Source: a phage
Reading direction: 5' to 3' (one strand)
DNA: 64,000 nt
Sequence record: OZ335959.1
Each line of letters begins with the position of its first letter. The first letter of the stretch is position 1. The position numbers were made by a program, and so were the translations under genes. Below, one piece after another: positions 48,293 through 58,482 of this stretch. A model generated the notes under the pieces. The model saw nothing but the letters and a program-made list of their open reading frames with translations. It had not been told where the DNA came from and did no database searches.

Positions 48293-48508
48293 TTAAGCCT
48301 TTTTATCAAGAACAGCATTCAGCTTGTTAGTAATTTTATCCAGACGCTCATTGAACTCGCTAGAAGACAGTCCTTTTTCTGGAGAAATCAAACTAATCAC
48401 GAAAAATATAGCAATAAAAGGAATAAGGAAAATAGCTCCAACTGCCATAAACAGAAAGAATGTTACAGTTGTAAGAAAATCAGCTAAACCTTTGCGAAAT
48501 TTATACAT
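48293..48508 (-). CDS. Small membrane protein, 71 aa
   Basis: Two hydrophobic helices FLTTVTFFLFMAVGAIFLIPFIAIFFVISLI. Confidence 0.5.
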   Translation of the reverse strand: MYKFRKGLADFLTTVTFFLFMAVGAIFLIPFIAIFFVISLISPEKGLSSSEFNERLDKITNKLNAVLDKKA

Positions 48509-48623
48509 ATTTTACCCTTAATTGATTAACCAAGCATTGATAAGCACTAAACTATATTGCGAATAAAATTCTGGACCAAAATGAAAAATCATATCATTTA
48601 TAGTGTCCATAATATAATTCAAT

Positions 48624-49094
48624 TTAATCATGTTTCCACACCCCATCGGTATTTGACCAAAGTCGCTGATTATCTGATCCTCGCCACAGCTTTTTGGTCG
48701 GAAGATTTTTCTCATACTTCCCATCAATAATAACATCAACATATTTAAGCATTTCTAGTTGTTTAATATCTTCAAACTTATATCCTGTCCACAACCAAAT
48801 GCTTTTATTTGGATAAAGATTTTTTACTGTTTGAACCACAGAGTGAATAACATCTCGGTTATCAGGATAGAGAGGGTCTCCTCCAGTTATAGTTAATCCT
48901 TCTATATAATCATTATTCAAACATTCAATTAATTGTTCCAGTGTTTCACCAGTGAATGGAACGCCATTTCTAGCATTCCATGTTGATTTATTATAACACC
49001 CTTCGCATTTATGCAAACAACCTGTAACGAAAAGAACGACCCTGCATCCAGGGCCATTCACAAAATCGCAAGGATAAAATCTATCATAATTCAT
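48624..49094 (-). CDS. nrdG: Anaerobic ribonucleotide reductase activating enzyme NrdG (radical SAM)
   Basis: 156-aa ORF with radical-SAM cysteine cluster CLHKCEGCYN; T4 NrdG length. Confidence 0.88.
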   Translation of the reverse strand: MNYDRFYPCDFVNGPGCRVVLFVTGCLHKCEGCYNKSTWNARNGVPFTGETLEQLIECLNNDYIEGLTITGGDPLYPDNRDVIHSVVQTVKNLYPNKSIWLWTGYKFEDIKQLEMLKYVDVIIDGKYEKNLPTKKLWRGSDNQRLWSNTDGVWKHD

Positions 49095-50908
49095 TGGTGT
49101 TTAACCCTATGCATGATTTCTTTATTTTTGCCGAGATTAAATCCGCGTTCATTCGGATTTCCCAAATAACCACATGTTCTTCTTATTGTGTTCATCTTTT
49201 TAGGATCAGTTTCTCCACAAATAGAGCAAACAAATCCGTTTTCAGTAGGAGTCATTTCATGGGTACTTCCACACGTAAAACATTTATCTACTGGCATGTT
49301 AACACCAAAATAATCTAAATGTTGTGCAGCATAATCCCATACAGCCTCAAGACCTTTTAAGTTATTTTTCATATCAGGAAGTTCAACATAAGAAATGTGA
49401 CCACCTGTCGCAATGAAATGATATGGTGCTTCTCGAGAAATCTTTTCAAACGGAGTAATATTTTCTTCTACTGAAACGTGGAAACTATTAGTGTACCATC
49501 CTTTATCAGTAACATCTTTTACACTTCCATATTTTTCGGTATCAAGTTTACAGAAGCGATAGCACAGGTTTTCAGCAGGAGTAGAATACAAACTAAAAGC
49601 AAAACCGGTTCTTTCAGTCCACTGCTTAAGATGAGTATTCATTTTAGTTAAAATTTCTTGTCCAATATCACGACCGACAAGAATATTCAATTCGTGAATA
49701 CCAATGTATCCTAGGGACACTGAACTTCTACCGTTTTTAAATAACTCAATTATGTCGTCATCAGGTTTAAGACGAACCCCGAATGCACCTTCTTGGTAAA
49801 GAATAGGAGCAACAGTCGCTTTAACTCCTTTTAAGGAACTAATTCTACACATCAATGCTTCAAAACACAAATCCATTCGTTCATTGAACAATTCGGCAAA
49901 TTTCTGTTCATTGAATTGTGTTCCAATATAAGAATCTAACGCAATGCGAGGAAGATTCAGTGTTACAACGCCAAGATTATTACGTCCATCAAGAATTTCA
50001 TTACCAGTCGAATCTTTCCATACGCTTAAGAAACTACGGCAACCCATCGGAGAAACAGGAATAGATGAACCGGTGATAGCTTTATTGTTCTTAGCTGAAA
50101 TAATATCAGGATACATTCTTTTACTTGCGCACTCTAAAGCAAGCTGCTTAATATCATAGTTCGGGTCATCTTTATAAAGATTAACACCTTCTTCAACGAA
50201 CATAACAAGTTTAGGGAAAATAGGAGTTATCCCATCGCGACCAAGACCTTTAATACGATTTTTCAGAATTGCTTTCTGAATCATTCGTTCAGTCCAGTCA
50301 GTTCCCGTACCAAATGTAATTGTTACAAAAGGCGTTTGTCCATTTGAACTAAAGAGAGTATTTACTTCATATTCATAAGCTTGGAATGCATCGTATACGT
50401 CTTTTTCTGTTTTAGATTGGGCGTAATTCAACGCATCAGCGATTTGCCATTTTTCTGCATCCTCAATGTGTTTTGCATAGGTGCGTTTAACATAAGGAGA
50501 AAGTACTTTATCTACATTCGCAAAAGTCGTTCCGCCATATTGATGAGAAGCAACCTGTGCAGTAATTTGTGCCATAATTGCAGTAGCAACGCCGATTGAT
50601 TTAGGAGTTTCAATCTGCGCATTACCGAGCTTAAATCCATTCTCAAGCATTCCTTTTAAATCTACTAAACAGCAATTAGTAAATGGAAGAGCAGGCGAAT
50701 AATCAATATCATGGAAATGAATAATTCCGCTTTCATGCGCTTTCATAATAAAAGACGGGACCATATTTTTGGCAATGTGTTTAGACACAATACCAGCCAT
50801 AAGGTCCCGTTGAGTTGGAAAAACACGAGAATCTTTATTAGCATTCTCGTTTAAAAGGTCTTTATTAGTTTTATGAATCAATCCTTCAATTTCTTTTTCA
50901 ATTGTCAT
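49091..50908 (-). CDS. nrdD: Anaerobic ribonucleoside-triphosphate reductase NrdD
   Basis: 605-aa continuous ORF; C-terminal zinc site CFTCGSTHE...CSICG and glycyl-radical motif RRTCGYLG. Confidence 0.93.
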   Translation of the reverse strand: MTIEKEIEGLIHKTNKDLLNENANKDSRVFPTQRDLMAGIVSKHIAKNMVPSFIMKAHESGIIHFHDIDYSPALPFTNCCLVDLKGMLENGFKLGNAQIETPKSIGVATAIMAQITAQVASHQYGGTTFANVDKVLSPYVKRTYAKHIEDAEKWQIADALNYAQSKTEKDVYDAFQAYEYEVNTLFSSNGQTPFVTITFGTGTDWTERMIQKAILKNRIKGLGRDGITPIFPKLVMFVEEGVNLYKDDPNYDIKQLALECASKRMYPDIISAKNNKAITGSSIPVSPMGCRSFLSVWKDSTGNEILDGRNNLGVVTLNLPRIALDSYIGTQFNEQKFAELFNERMDLCFEALMCRISSLKGVKATVAPILYQEGAFGVRLKPDDDIIELFKNGRSSVSLGYIGIHELNILVGRDIGQEILTKMNTHLKQWTERTGFAFSLYSTPAENLCYRFCKLDTEKYGSVKDVTDKGWYTNSFHVSVEENITPFEKISREAPYHFIATGGHISYVELPDMKNNLKGLEAVWDYAAQHLDYFGVNMPVDKCFTCGSTHEMTPTENGFVCSICGETDPKKMNTIRRTCGYLGNPNERGFNLGKNKEIMHRVKHQ

Positions 50909-51378
50909 TTTAAACTCTTTCTAAGCTGCTTCTTAAATGAAGCTATTAATTGTGTTTTAGTGTCAGATTCATTATATTCAAATCCTCTTTGAAGCATCTC
51001 AGCCATCATTTCCTCTTTTCCTAAACGAGAAAATTCCTTTGATTTATCTCCAACGAAGTTAGGGTGAATATTATTTTGGGTGTAATCGGATTTTAAATAA
51101 GTAAGTAAATTTTCTAACCATTCAAGATAATCAACGCCTTGTCCCTTTAAGCCAGAACGATTAAATTTATGCTTCATTTGACCTTCCGCAGCATTGCAGA
51201 GATTACAGAGCAATCCACGCACCTTTCCTGCTTTTGGCCCATTTAATTCATGGTCATGGTCGAGGTGATTAGCTTGAACATCAGGATTTAGTTCTCGTTG
51301 GCAAATTAAGCATTTACCGTTTTGTGCATCATAAAATTTCTGTTTTTCTTCTTTGTATAATTTGCCAGTCAATAACAT
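50905..51378 (-). CDS. 49: Endonuclease VII (Holliday junction resolvase) gp49
   Basis: 157-aa ORF MLLTGKLYKEEKQKFYDAQNGKCLICQRELNPDVQANHLDHDHELNGPKAGKVRGLLCNLCN... recognised as T4 endo VII. Confidence 0.92.
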   Translation of the reverse strand: MLLTGKLYKEEKQKFYDAQNGKCLICQRELNPDVQANHLDHDHELNGPKAGKVRGLLCNLCNAAEGQMKHKFNRSGLKGQGVDYLEWLENLLTYLKSDYTQNNIHPNFVGDKSKEFSRLGKEEMMAEMLQRGFEYNESDTKTQLIASFKKQLRKSLK

Positions 51379-51427
51379 AATAAAACCCTTACCTTGAATA
51401 GATAAGGGTATTTATTATTTTCAAGTA

Positions 51428-51892
51428 TTAAAACGCTCGGTCAGAAAAAGAATTTTGAGTTTCAAGCCATTCAATATATTCTGCTGCAGCTTGCATCAGG
51501 TTACCTTCATAACCATCATTATTTTCTTGTGCAGCTAATTTAGCTAATGCATATGAAATGCGTTCACCTTGAAAAGCAGATTCAGGCTTCCGAACAACTT
51601 GACTAGTTCGTTCTACAACTTCTTCAATTTCACCATTTTCTGCTGATTCAGTATTCCACAAGCACCAATATGTAATTGGCTTATCATAGATGTTAATAAT
51701 CTTTCCATCAGAAAGTTCAATTTCAATAATTCCAGTATCAGGTTCTATGTCATCTTCACATTCTTTTACAAGTTCACGAACTTTAAAGACAGTACCTGCA
51801 CTAAGTTCCGGCCAGTAATTACACAGCCCTTTATCAGCACGATTAATTCTAAACCACTTATCTACTGCAATCATATCCCATCTCCATATCAA
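51428..51892 (-). CDS. Hypothetical acidic protein, 154 aa (pin position)
   Basis: Track ORF downstream of 49; equivalence to T4 Pin not verified. Confidence 0.5.
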   Translation of the reverse strand: MIWRWDMIAVDKWFRINRADKGLCNYWPELSAGTVFKVRELVKECEDDIEPDTGIIEIELSDGKIINIYDKPITYWCLWNTESAENGEIEEVVERTSQVVRKPESAFQGERISYALAKLAAQENNDGYEGNLMQAAAEYIEWLETQNSFSDRAF

Positions 51893-51997
51893 TTAAGTCG
51901 TTTATCGTTGGTTCATTATATACTGTTTCTTCATCAGTGTAAACCGGTTCTTCCGGCTCTGGCTCCACAGTTTCCCATCTAGCCGCCCACCAAGGTT

Positions 51998-52318
51998 TTA
52001 TAGCGTAATCCATTCTCGTACTGTCTGAGTTACTACACGTTCACGGGGCTCGACTAGTTCAACAGTTGGAACTGCATAATACCAGTCAGAATGGTAAGAA
52101 CCTGAGCGAGTTTCATTTACAGACACATGAACGTTATGTTTTGGACTAAAATAAATGCACTGCCGGTATTGGCATTTGCCGTCTTGTACCCAATCTTCTA
52201 TTTCGATAGGTTTAAGATAATCTGAAAAATCGAAATCATAATTTTCTGAAAATGCATCATGGTCTTCAATGATTTCACTCAGAACTGCATCAACATCTAA
52301 TTTATTTTCAATATTCAT
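51998..52318 (-). CDS. Hypothetical acidic protein, 106 aa
   Basis: Track ORF. Confidence 0.5.
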   Translation of the reverse strand: MNIENKLDVDAVLSEIIEDHDAFSENYDFDFSDYLKPIEIEDWVQDGKCQYRQCIYFSPKHNVHVSVNETRSGSYHSDWYYAVPTVELVEPRERVVTQTVREWITL

Positions 52319-52328
52319 TTTTCACCAA

Positions 52329-52538
52329 TTAATTTCGCAATTTATTAAGTTCTTCATAATCAATCCAGGATTCTAGTCCTGATGGCAAATCAGATTCAAT
52401 TTCCCAAAGAAGCTCTTCAATTTTCTGAAGACGATCTAATTCTTCGGCTGGAACAGTAACCATTGACGGAGTTCTTGATACACTAATATCGTAAATCATA
52501 TTTACCCCAGTTTGACCATACAATCGCCATATTTCCAT
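52329..52538 (-). CDS. Hypothetical protein, 69 aa
   Basis: Track ORF. Confidence 0.45.
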   Translation of the reverse strand: MEIWRLYGQTGVNMIYDISVSRTPSMVTVPAEELDRLQKIEELLWEIESDLPSGLESWIDYEELNKLRN

Positions 52539-52717
52539 TTAGAAATAGACTTTTCACCATTAGAATAATAAACTTCGAGTTTAGCACGATTATTTTTAAT
52601 TTGAATAACCTTGGCTGTCATCAAAGTTCCATACCCATAGTAAACTGCAACCTCATCACCTACATATACCGCGCTTCCGCGGTAGTCATGGATATAATCA
52701 GTTCCTTCGAGCATCAT
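52502..52717 (-). CDS. Hypothetical protein, 71 aa
   Basis: Track ORF. Confidence 0.45.
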   Translation of the reverse strand: MMLEGTDYIHDYRGSAVYVGDEVAVYYGYGTLMTAKVIQIKNNRAKLEVYYSNGEKSISKWKYGDCMVKLG

Positions 52718-52977
52718 TTAAAGTATTCCCGCAATTGGTCAAATCCACCAATATGACTTCCATCAGGAGCAAATACTTGTGGCATTGTCAAACCGATTTG
52801 AGTATCACGACCTAGTTTCGTCAGAAGCTCAGCGATTTTCTCATCATCAAAAACACCTTTTTCCGGCATAATGTTGATAAATTCAAACGGCTGTTTCTTT
52901 ACAGTCAAAAGACGTTTTGCATTATCGCAATACACACATTTATGGATGTTGCTATCATAACCATATACTTTAAACAT
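52714..52977 (-). CDS. nrdC: Thioredoxin/glutaredoxin NrdC
   Basis: 87-aa ORF MFKVYGYDSNIHKCVYCDNAKRLLTVKKQPFEFINIMPEKG... with CVYC active site; recognised as T4 NrdC. Confidence 0.9.
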   Translation of the reverse strand: MFKVYGYDSNIHKCVYCDNAKRLLTVKKQPFEFINIMPEKGVFDDEKIAELLTKLGRDTQIGLTMPQVFAPDGSHIGGFDQLREYFK

Positions 52978-52978
52978 A

Positions 52979-53236
52979 TTATTCCTTAATTCCTAGTACT
53001 TGTTTAAAAGTCTCGTCGTAATCAAGACTTTGGCCCGTTTGTTCTTTATGTTTGTATATAATATCACTTACTTCTGATAGCATATTTTTATATGAACGAG
53101 TTAAAGCAGATTTAAGCACGCTATATCTATCAGGAAATTTACCATGTTCATTATAATAAGCTATTGCTAATTCACGGACTGCCTTTTCAGCAGTCTCCAT
53201 ATATTCTTTACGCTTTGTCATTTTCTTCTCGGTCAA
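52979..53236 (-). CDS. Hypothetical protein, 85 aa
   Basis: Track ORF. Confidence 0.5.
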
Positions 53237-53525
53237 ATCGGTGTTTGCAATGACGGCATTTATAACGAAGATTACTAGTCTGCCAATGGACTAATTGAAC
53301 CTGTTCAGTACCGCATTCAGGACAATTAGGAACGCTTTTAGAAGCCCTTTCGCGACGTTCAACCATAGCCATAATGGCATCCCAAGCTGGAGGTTTAAAA
53401 TCTAAATCGTCACAACCATGAATCTTTCCACGCATTTCCAGATCGTCTTCTTCACCAGCCATAATAATTTTAATTAGACTGGAATTACTTGAAGCTGCAA
53501 TATCTTCTAATAGACGCTTTTTCAT
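53208..53525 (-). CDS. Zinc-ribbon protein, 105 aa
   Basis: CPECG...CRHC four-cysteine pattern in C-terminal half. Confidence 0.5.
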
Positions 53526-54451
53526 TTCAATACCTCAATAGCATTACGTAAACCATTTGCTTTTGCATTAAGAGCTTTTAACAATTTGGTGTGTTCGGCA
53601 ATCTGGGCTTCAACTTCAATTAAACGAGCATTGAGATATTCACGTTCTTCGCTCAGGTTATCAACCTTTTCTACTTTAGGTTCTTTTACAACTATCTTAT
53701 ATGTATTAGGGTTCTTCAGTTTAATTAGAATGCGTGAACTGTATAACATTGAACCATTATCTTCGGTTTCGTCATACATTTCTACTACGTCCATGATTTT
53801 TAACATCATGCGGAGTTTATAAGACAACGAACGAATAGTTTTGTTGTGCTTATTAATTTCTCTAGAGTTCATGGTGCCAAGATTACGTGAGTAATAATAA
53901 GGAACCTGAATATTAATTAATACTGATGAACCACCTGGCTTATGTGTTACTTCATCAGCAATAACCCAGTCCTTAACATGAACTGTATTTGTACGGTCAT
54001 CGCCTGTGGTAAATAGTTTACGAGCATGCTTAAAAAGCATATTCACTTGGTCATTGAATTGACAAGCGAATTTATCAGCAAATTTAGTTTCAGGAATGGT
54101 AGATAACCAATCAGCCAAATGGGTCTTTTTAACATCGTTAACAATAGTAAATTCAACCAAATCGGTTATAGATGTTGCAGATTTAATGAAGCTCGGCTTC
54201 ATAAAGTTTTTAATGTTATCGCGAGCTACAGTAGAAGATAACATACGAGAACGTTTAAACCATTCAAGCAAATTGCCCAATGAATGAGAATAGGCGTTCT
54301 GAGTATCTTTACAGATATGATTTTCCTGGCCAGCATATTGAAGGAAATCACGAAGAATATTATTGATTACTGCTCTGTGTCCGATCTGATAATTACGGTG
54401 TTTAGTAATAAGACTGTCAAAATAATCAATATAATGTTTACGAGTTTTCAT
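53522..54451 (-). CDS. Hypothetical protein with C-terminal coiled coil, 309 aa
   Basis: Track ORF; last ~45 aa [42 protein letters not shown] heptad-like. Confidence 0.6.
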   Translation of the reverse strand: MKTRKHYIDYFDSLITKHRNYQIGHRAVINNILRDFLQYAGQENHICKDTQNAYSHSLGNLLEWFKRSRMLSSTVARDNIKNFMKPSFIKSATSITDLVEFTIVNDVKKTHLADWLSTIPETKFADKFACQFNDQVNMLFKHARKLFTTGDDRTNTVHVKDWVIADEVTHKPGGSSVLINIQVPYYYSRNLGTMNSREINKHNKTIRSLSYKLRMMLKIMDVVEMYDETEDNGSMLYSSRILIKLKNPNTYKIVVKEPKVEKVDNLSEEREYLNARLIEVEAQIAEHTKLLKALNAKANGLRNAIEVLK

Positions 54452-54503
54452 GTTCTTCTCACTTGATTAATGATTTATACTCCGAGCCATCCTTGGCTTT
54501 AAA

Positions 54504-55505
54504 TTACTTAATTAACTGTAAAGCTTGTTCAAGACGATCCAGACGATTAACAGATTCTTCCCAAATCCTTTTAGCCTGCTCATATTCTTTCTGCGCTTTA
54601 TTAGAAATTTCTAGAGCTTCTTTATAAGCTTTTTCTAGTGCAATAACTTCTGGACGAATTTCTACCGGTTCAGGTGAATCATCAAGACATTCCATTAGTT
54701 CCTCAAGGGTAGTTTCTTCTTTAGGAGTATTCGCAATTTCATCACATTTTTGTTGGTAAATTTCTTTATCAGTCGGCGAGTACGCACATTTCACTTCACG
54801 AAGACTAACTACAATTTTGTATCCTTCCCAACCGCATATATTCTTAAAAGGATAAGTATGAATATTTTCTACTGTTTCCATACAAAGTAGTGCAGTCTCT
54901 AATTGACGAGTTATATCGCTAGCAATTGAGAAAAATTTATTGATGTTCTTTTGATTAGCTTCTGGTGTAAAAAATTCATAATTCACAAAAATAGCTGCTT
55001 TATTTTTATCAAGTTCATATTCTTTTATGATAATCATATCAGAAGCCCAAGGATGAATTTGACGATAATCGCCATAGCATAATTTAGAAGCGGATTTTAT
55101 AATTTGCTTCTTGAAAAGTCTGAAATTACTAACCCAACGACGAGTAAAAATATTCTCAGGGTCTTCTTTATTATTAAGATGATAAGAATTAACATCACCG
55201 AACCAATTATATCCTACTACATTTTTAGTTCGTTTAATTTCTTTCCCAAATTTACCAAGAATATCTTGATTAACTAAATATGAAAGAAGACGAGACCTTT
55301 TAAAGGTTTCCTTAATATCATCTTTATATTCGCGACTAGAAATTTTATGAACTTCATGAATAAATTTGCTCGAAGAAACAATGCTTACATCAATATTATT
55401 GAGCCATTGATTGATAATGGAAATAACGCTATTCTGACTAGACATAGGTTTAACTTTATCATCAATAACGCTATTGAATGATTTGATATATTCGTTACGA
55501 GTCAT
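54504..55505 (-). CDS. Hypothetical protein with C-terminal coiled coil (about 333 aa after trimming)
   Basis: Track ORF 54504-55556 includes the promoter; ATG at 55503-55505 with GAGGAG SD; C-terminus ALEKAYKEALEISNKAQKEYEQAKRIWEESVNRLDRLEQALQLIK. Confidence 0.6.
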   Translation of the reverse strand: MTRNEYIKSFNSVIDDKVKPMSSQNSVISIINQWLNNIDVSIVSSSKFIHEVHKISSREYKDDIKETFKRSRLLSYLVNQDILGKFGKEIKRTKNVVGYNWFGDVNSYHLNNKEDPENIFTRRWVSNFRLFKKQIIKSASKLCYGDYRQIHPWASDMIIIKEYELDKNKAAIFVNYEFFTPEANQKNINKFFSIASDITRQLETALLCMETVENIHTYPFKNICGWEGYKIVVSLREVKCAYSPTDKEIYQQKCDEIANTPKEETTLEELMECLDDSPEPVEIRPEVIALEKAYKEALEISNKAQKEYEQAKRIWEESVNRLDRLEQALQLIK

Positions 55506-55533
55506 ATTAATCTCCTCAGTAGAAAGTAAGAAC

Positions 55534-55563
55534 ATTATACCACATCCTTGTGGCAAAGTAAAC
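55534..55563 (-). promoter_or_regulatory. Early promoter
   Basis: Minus strand GTTTAC, 18 bp, TATAAT (TGTGGTATAAT). Confidence 0.55.
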
Positions 55564-56591
55564 TAGTTTAGTGCATTTAGTGCATTGTTCAGTTTAGAAC
55601 GTTGCTTTGTCAGATTTTGAACCCTTGACTGAGCTTGTTCTAACACCTTTTCAGCTTCTAGCACTTCATTGGTCGCTTTAACGAGTTCATCATCTACTGC
55701 CTTAAGAGACTTCTCAATCGCGTCAGCGTGCCATTTTTCTACAGGTTTAAAATTTGAATTTTCAGTAGGAAGAAAACTCACTTTATTAAGTTTACATGCA
55801 TCTATATTGCTTGAGCTATACATCCAAAATTTAGGATCGTTTGATGAGTAATTGGATAAATTTAAATTTAAGTTATCTTGCACTTCTTGCTTTTTCTCTT
55901 GCGTGACTTCGTCCTTTCTCAAAAAATCGTATTTAAATGAAACGATCATATCAAGTTCATACGTTGTTGTATGTTCCCAATTTCGCTCAAAACGAGGTAA
56001 AATCTTAGACTGAACAGCGGCAACAACATCCATATACTTAAATGCTTCTGTCAACTGTGATTTAAGGCATTCGCAAATTGAAAGAGAATTTTTTGTATTA
56101 GGTTTAAAGCTAATTCGCGCAGTTCTGTTATTTTCTTTTAATGGTCTTACTTCCATCTGAAGAGTATAACCATCAAATTTCAGGTTCTTTAAGTTAATGT
56201 CAGAACCTTTTAATCGACTAGCAGTCGACAAAATTTGCTTTAATTGTCTACGGAACAGAGCAATAAATCTCCATTCAATACGATAATGATTTGGATTGAA
56301 AAATCCAGATGATAAATCGACCTTACTTTGACCAACACCTTGAACAAATAGAGGATTTTTATAATCAATAGTTTTACAGAAATTGGTGAGTTGCTCACGA
56401 GCCGTCATTTGTGTAATATACCCTGCTTTACTAAAATTACTTACCCATTCACTGCTATTTAGATATTTAAAGTGATGAATAGCACGATTAACTTTATCAG
56501 GATCTAAATTATTTTCACACAAAAATGTCATAACATTACGAGTATCGCTGGCAGTACGAACCATATCTTCAATTTGAGAACGAGTTTTCAT
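55563..56591 (-). CDS. Hypothetical protein with C-terminal coiled coil, 342 aa
   Basis: Track ORF; C-terminus DDELVKATNEVLEAEKVLEQAQSRVQNLTKQRSKLNNALNALN. Confidence 0.6.
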   Translation of the reverse strand: MKTRSQIEDMVRTASDTRNVMTFLCENNLDPDKVNRAIHHFKYLNSSEWVSNFSKAGYITQMTAREQLTNFCKTIDYKNPLFVQGVGQSKVDLSSGFFNPNHYRIEWRFIALFRRQLKQILSTASRLKGSDINLKNLKFDGYTLQMEVRPLKENNRTARISFKPNTKNSLSICECLKSQLTEAFKYMDVVAAVQSKILPRFERNWEHTTTYELDMIVSFKYDFLRKDEVTQEKKQEVQDNLNLNLSNYSSNDPKFWMYSSSNIDACKLNKVSFLPTENSNFKPVEKWHADAIEKSLKAVDDELVKATNEVLEAEKVLEQAQSRVQNLTKQRSKLNNALNALN

Positions 56592-56599
56592 GGTATTCC

Positions 56600-57505
56600 T
56601 TAAGATTTAAGTAAATCGACAATTTTAATTAACTTTTCACGCTCAGATTTAGCTTTACTACTCAATCCAGATAGTCTGAAAATTTCATCATCATATTGTT
56701 GAATAGAAATATTCAGCTCTTCAATTTGCTTATTAAAATAATCAATTTGTTCAGAATGTTTTTCATTACTACGAACTGGTACAGGTTTCGTAGGCAATGT
56801 AGTTGAACTGGATTCATCCGGGCGATAAATTAAAATACAACTTGAACCAATAGGGCATTTTGCACCAGATGAATATTCTAATGTTCCGGCTTCTTTTAAA
56901 ACTTCAAAAGCTAAACAGAGATGATGACCCATATTGACATAATCTGTAGAGTGAGCTCTGATATAATAATCAACGCCACGAGTACTAAATTTAAAGCATT
57001 TAAGGTCTTCTGTATTATTGGTCTTAAAAATCATTTGTTTATCTAGACCTTTAGCTAATCGAGCGCCTAATGCTAATAATCGTCTTTGATTTTCCCACAA
57101 ATCCGCAATCATTTGATCGAATGATAATTTTGGCATCAGTCGGCCATAAAGGTCATATCCTTTATTATAATTACGAAGGATTTCACTTGCATTAATACGA
57201 GACAATGCTCCAATTTTATTAAGGGCTTTCATAATGCGATTAGATAAACTCATTCCAGATCCGTTCGTTCGCTGCAAATGTTTTTCTAATCCAAATCCAA
57301 TATCAACTTTAAATTTATCTAAAATTTCGGCATGAACATCTCTGTCAATAACATTCAAATCCAAAGTTGGGTTAAATCTATGAAAAAATTTATCTGGCTC
57401 TCCACGGCGAAATACAGTCCATTCATTCATCATTTTTTTATTAACTAAAGATTTAATTACTGCATTGACATTATTAATTACTACTGACATATTTTCCTCA
57501 CTCAA
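56600..57505 (-). CDS. Hypothetical protein with C-terminal coiled coil, 301 aa
   Basis: Track ORF; C-terminus IDYFNKQIEELNISIQQYDDEIFRLSGLSSKAKSEREKLIKIVDLLKS. Confidence 0.6.
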   Translation of the reverse strand: MSEENMSVVINNVNAVIKSLVNKKMMNEWTVFRRGEPDKFFHRFNPTLDLNVIDRDVHAEILDKFKVDIGFGLEKHLQRTNGSGMSLSNRIMKALNKIGALSRINASEILRNYNKGYDLYGRLMPKLSFDQMIADLWENQRRLLALGARLAKGLDKQMIFKTNNTEDLKCFKFSTRGVDYYIRAHSTDYVNMGHHLCLAFEVLKEAGTLEYSSGAKCPIGSSCILIYRPDESSSTTLPTKPVPVRSNEKHSEQIDYFNKQIEELNISIQQYDDEIFRLSGLSSKAKSEREKLIKIVDLLKS

Positions 57506-57899
57506 TTTTACTAATTACACGAAATAAGATTGAACAGACTATATAAGTACCACATATAGACTGAACTAATGCCATTCCAAAGAACCAAACAATATTATCA
57601 AACCATGTCTGTTTTACGTCGAAAGGACGTAAACTTACAGTAATATTATCGCCTTTTTCTATTGAAGAATACATCTCTGGGGAAATATATTCACTAAATC
57701 TATAGCCGTCTTTAAGTTCATATACGGCAATAAACGATAAACTAGACCCTTTTCCTTGTGTTCCTGTAATGGTATTAACTACAGTAACATCGTAATCTTT
57801 ATAATGCATATAATCATTAATTGCGTAATAACCATATGCAACTACTACACATAAACAACATATCAATAAATTCAATCTTCTAATTATCAACCGTTTCAT
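57498..57899 (-). CDS. Membrane-anchored protein, 133 aa
   Basis: N-terminal TM helix LNLLICCLCVVVAYGYYAI and C-terminal hydrophobic segment. Confidence 0.55.
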   Translation of the reverse strand: MKRLIIRRLNLLICCLCVVVAYGYYAINDYMHYKDYDVTVVNTITGTQGKGSSLSFIAVYELKDGYRFSEYISPEMYSSIEKGDNITVSLRPFDVKQTWFDNIVWFFGMALVQSICGTYIVCSILFRVISKIE

Positions 57900-57954
57900 A
57901 ATAATCTCAATTAAAAGGGCTTAGAACCATTATACCATCCTTGGCATAAAGCGG

Positions 57955-58482
57955 TTATGCGAGTACCGTCTTTAACCGTTCTTCAAACTTCCGAAGAGTA
58001 TTTTGGCGTTCAGCTCTTTGCTTTTTGTAAGTTTCAATACGCTCTGAAATGAGAGAGTATCGTTCATTTACTGATTCTTTCATAAAATCAGGAATTTCAC
58101 GAGAAGCTTTAATCTCGTCAAATTTATCAATAACAGCTTGCTCTTCAGCAATTAAGTTATCATACATTAAAATATCTTTCTTGATGAACTCAATATCTTC
58201 TTGAGTTACACGAGATAATTTAGATGCTTTATCCTTTTTGTACTGTTCGTTAGTATCACGAGACCAGTGTAATGTACGATTTTTATTCGTATTTTTGTAA
58301 ATTTCTACAATACCGATCTCATCAATAATAACGATCCAATTCCAACGGGATTTGTAAATTTGTCCTCCATCAACAGTGATTTCACCTCCGATTGAGATGT
58401 CATTAAAGAACTTGCTTTGCGCTTCAGATTTAAATTTACCATCGTTATAATTTACCAAGTTGAAAATATCTTTAGCGTTCAT
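57955..58482 (-). CDS. Hypothetical protein with C-terminal helical tail, 175 aa
   Basis: Track ORF with own promoter and GGAGG SD; charged helical C-terminus. Confidence 0.55.
   Translation of the reverse strand: MNAKDIFNLVNYNDGKFKSEAQSKFFNDISIGGEITVDGGQIYKSRWNWIVIIDEIGIVEIYKNTNKNRTLHWSRDTNEQYKKDKASKLSRVTQEDIEFIKKDILMYDNLIAEEQAVIDKFDEIKASREIPDFMKESVNERYSLISERIETYKKQRAERQNTLRKFEERLKTVLA

Noticed and set aside
48518-48742. Minus-strand 74-aa ORF overlapping nrdG
   Set aside because: Out-of-frame overlap with the well-supported radical-SAM gene nrdG.
49091-50908. Group I intron in nrdD
   Set aside because: Reading frame uninterrupted across the full 605-aa protein.
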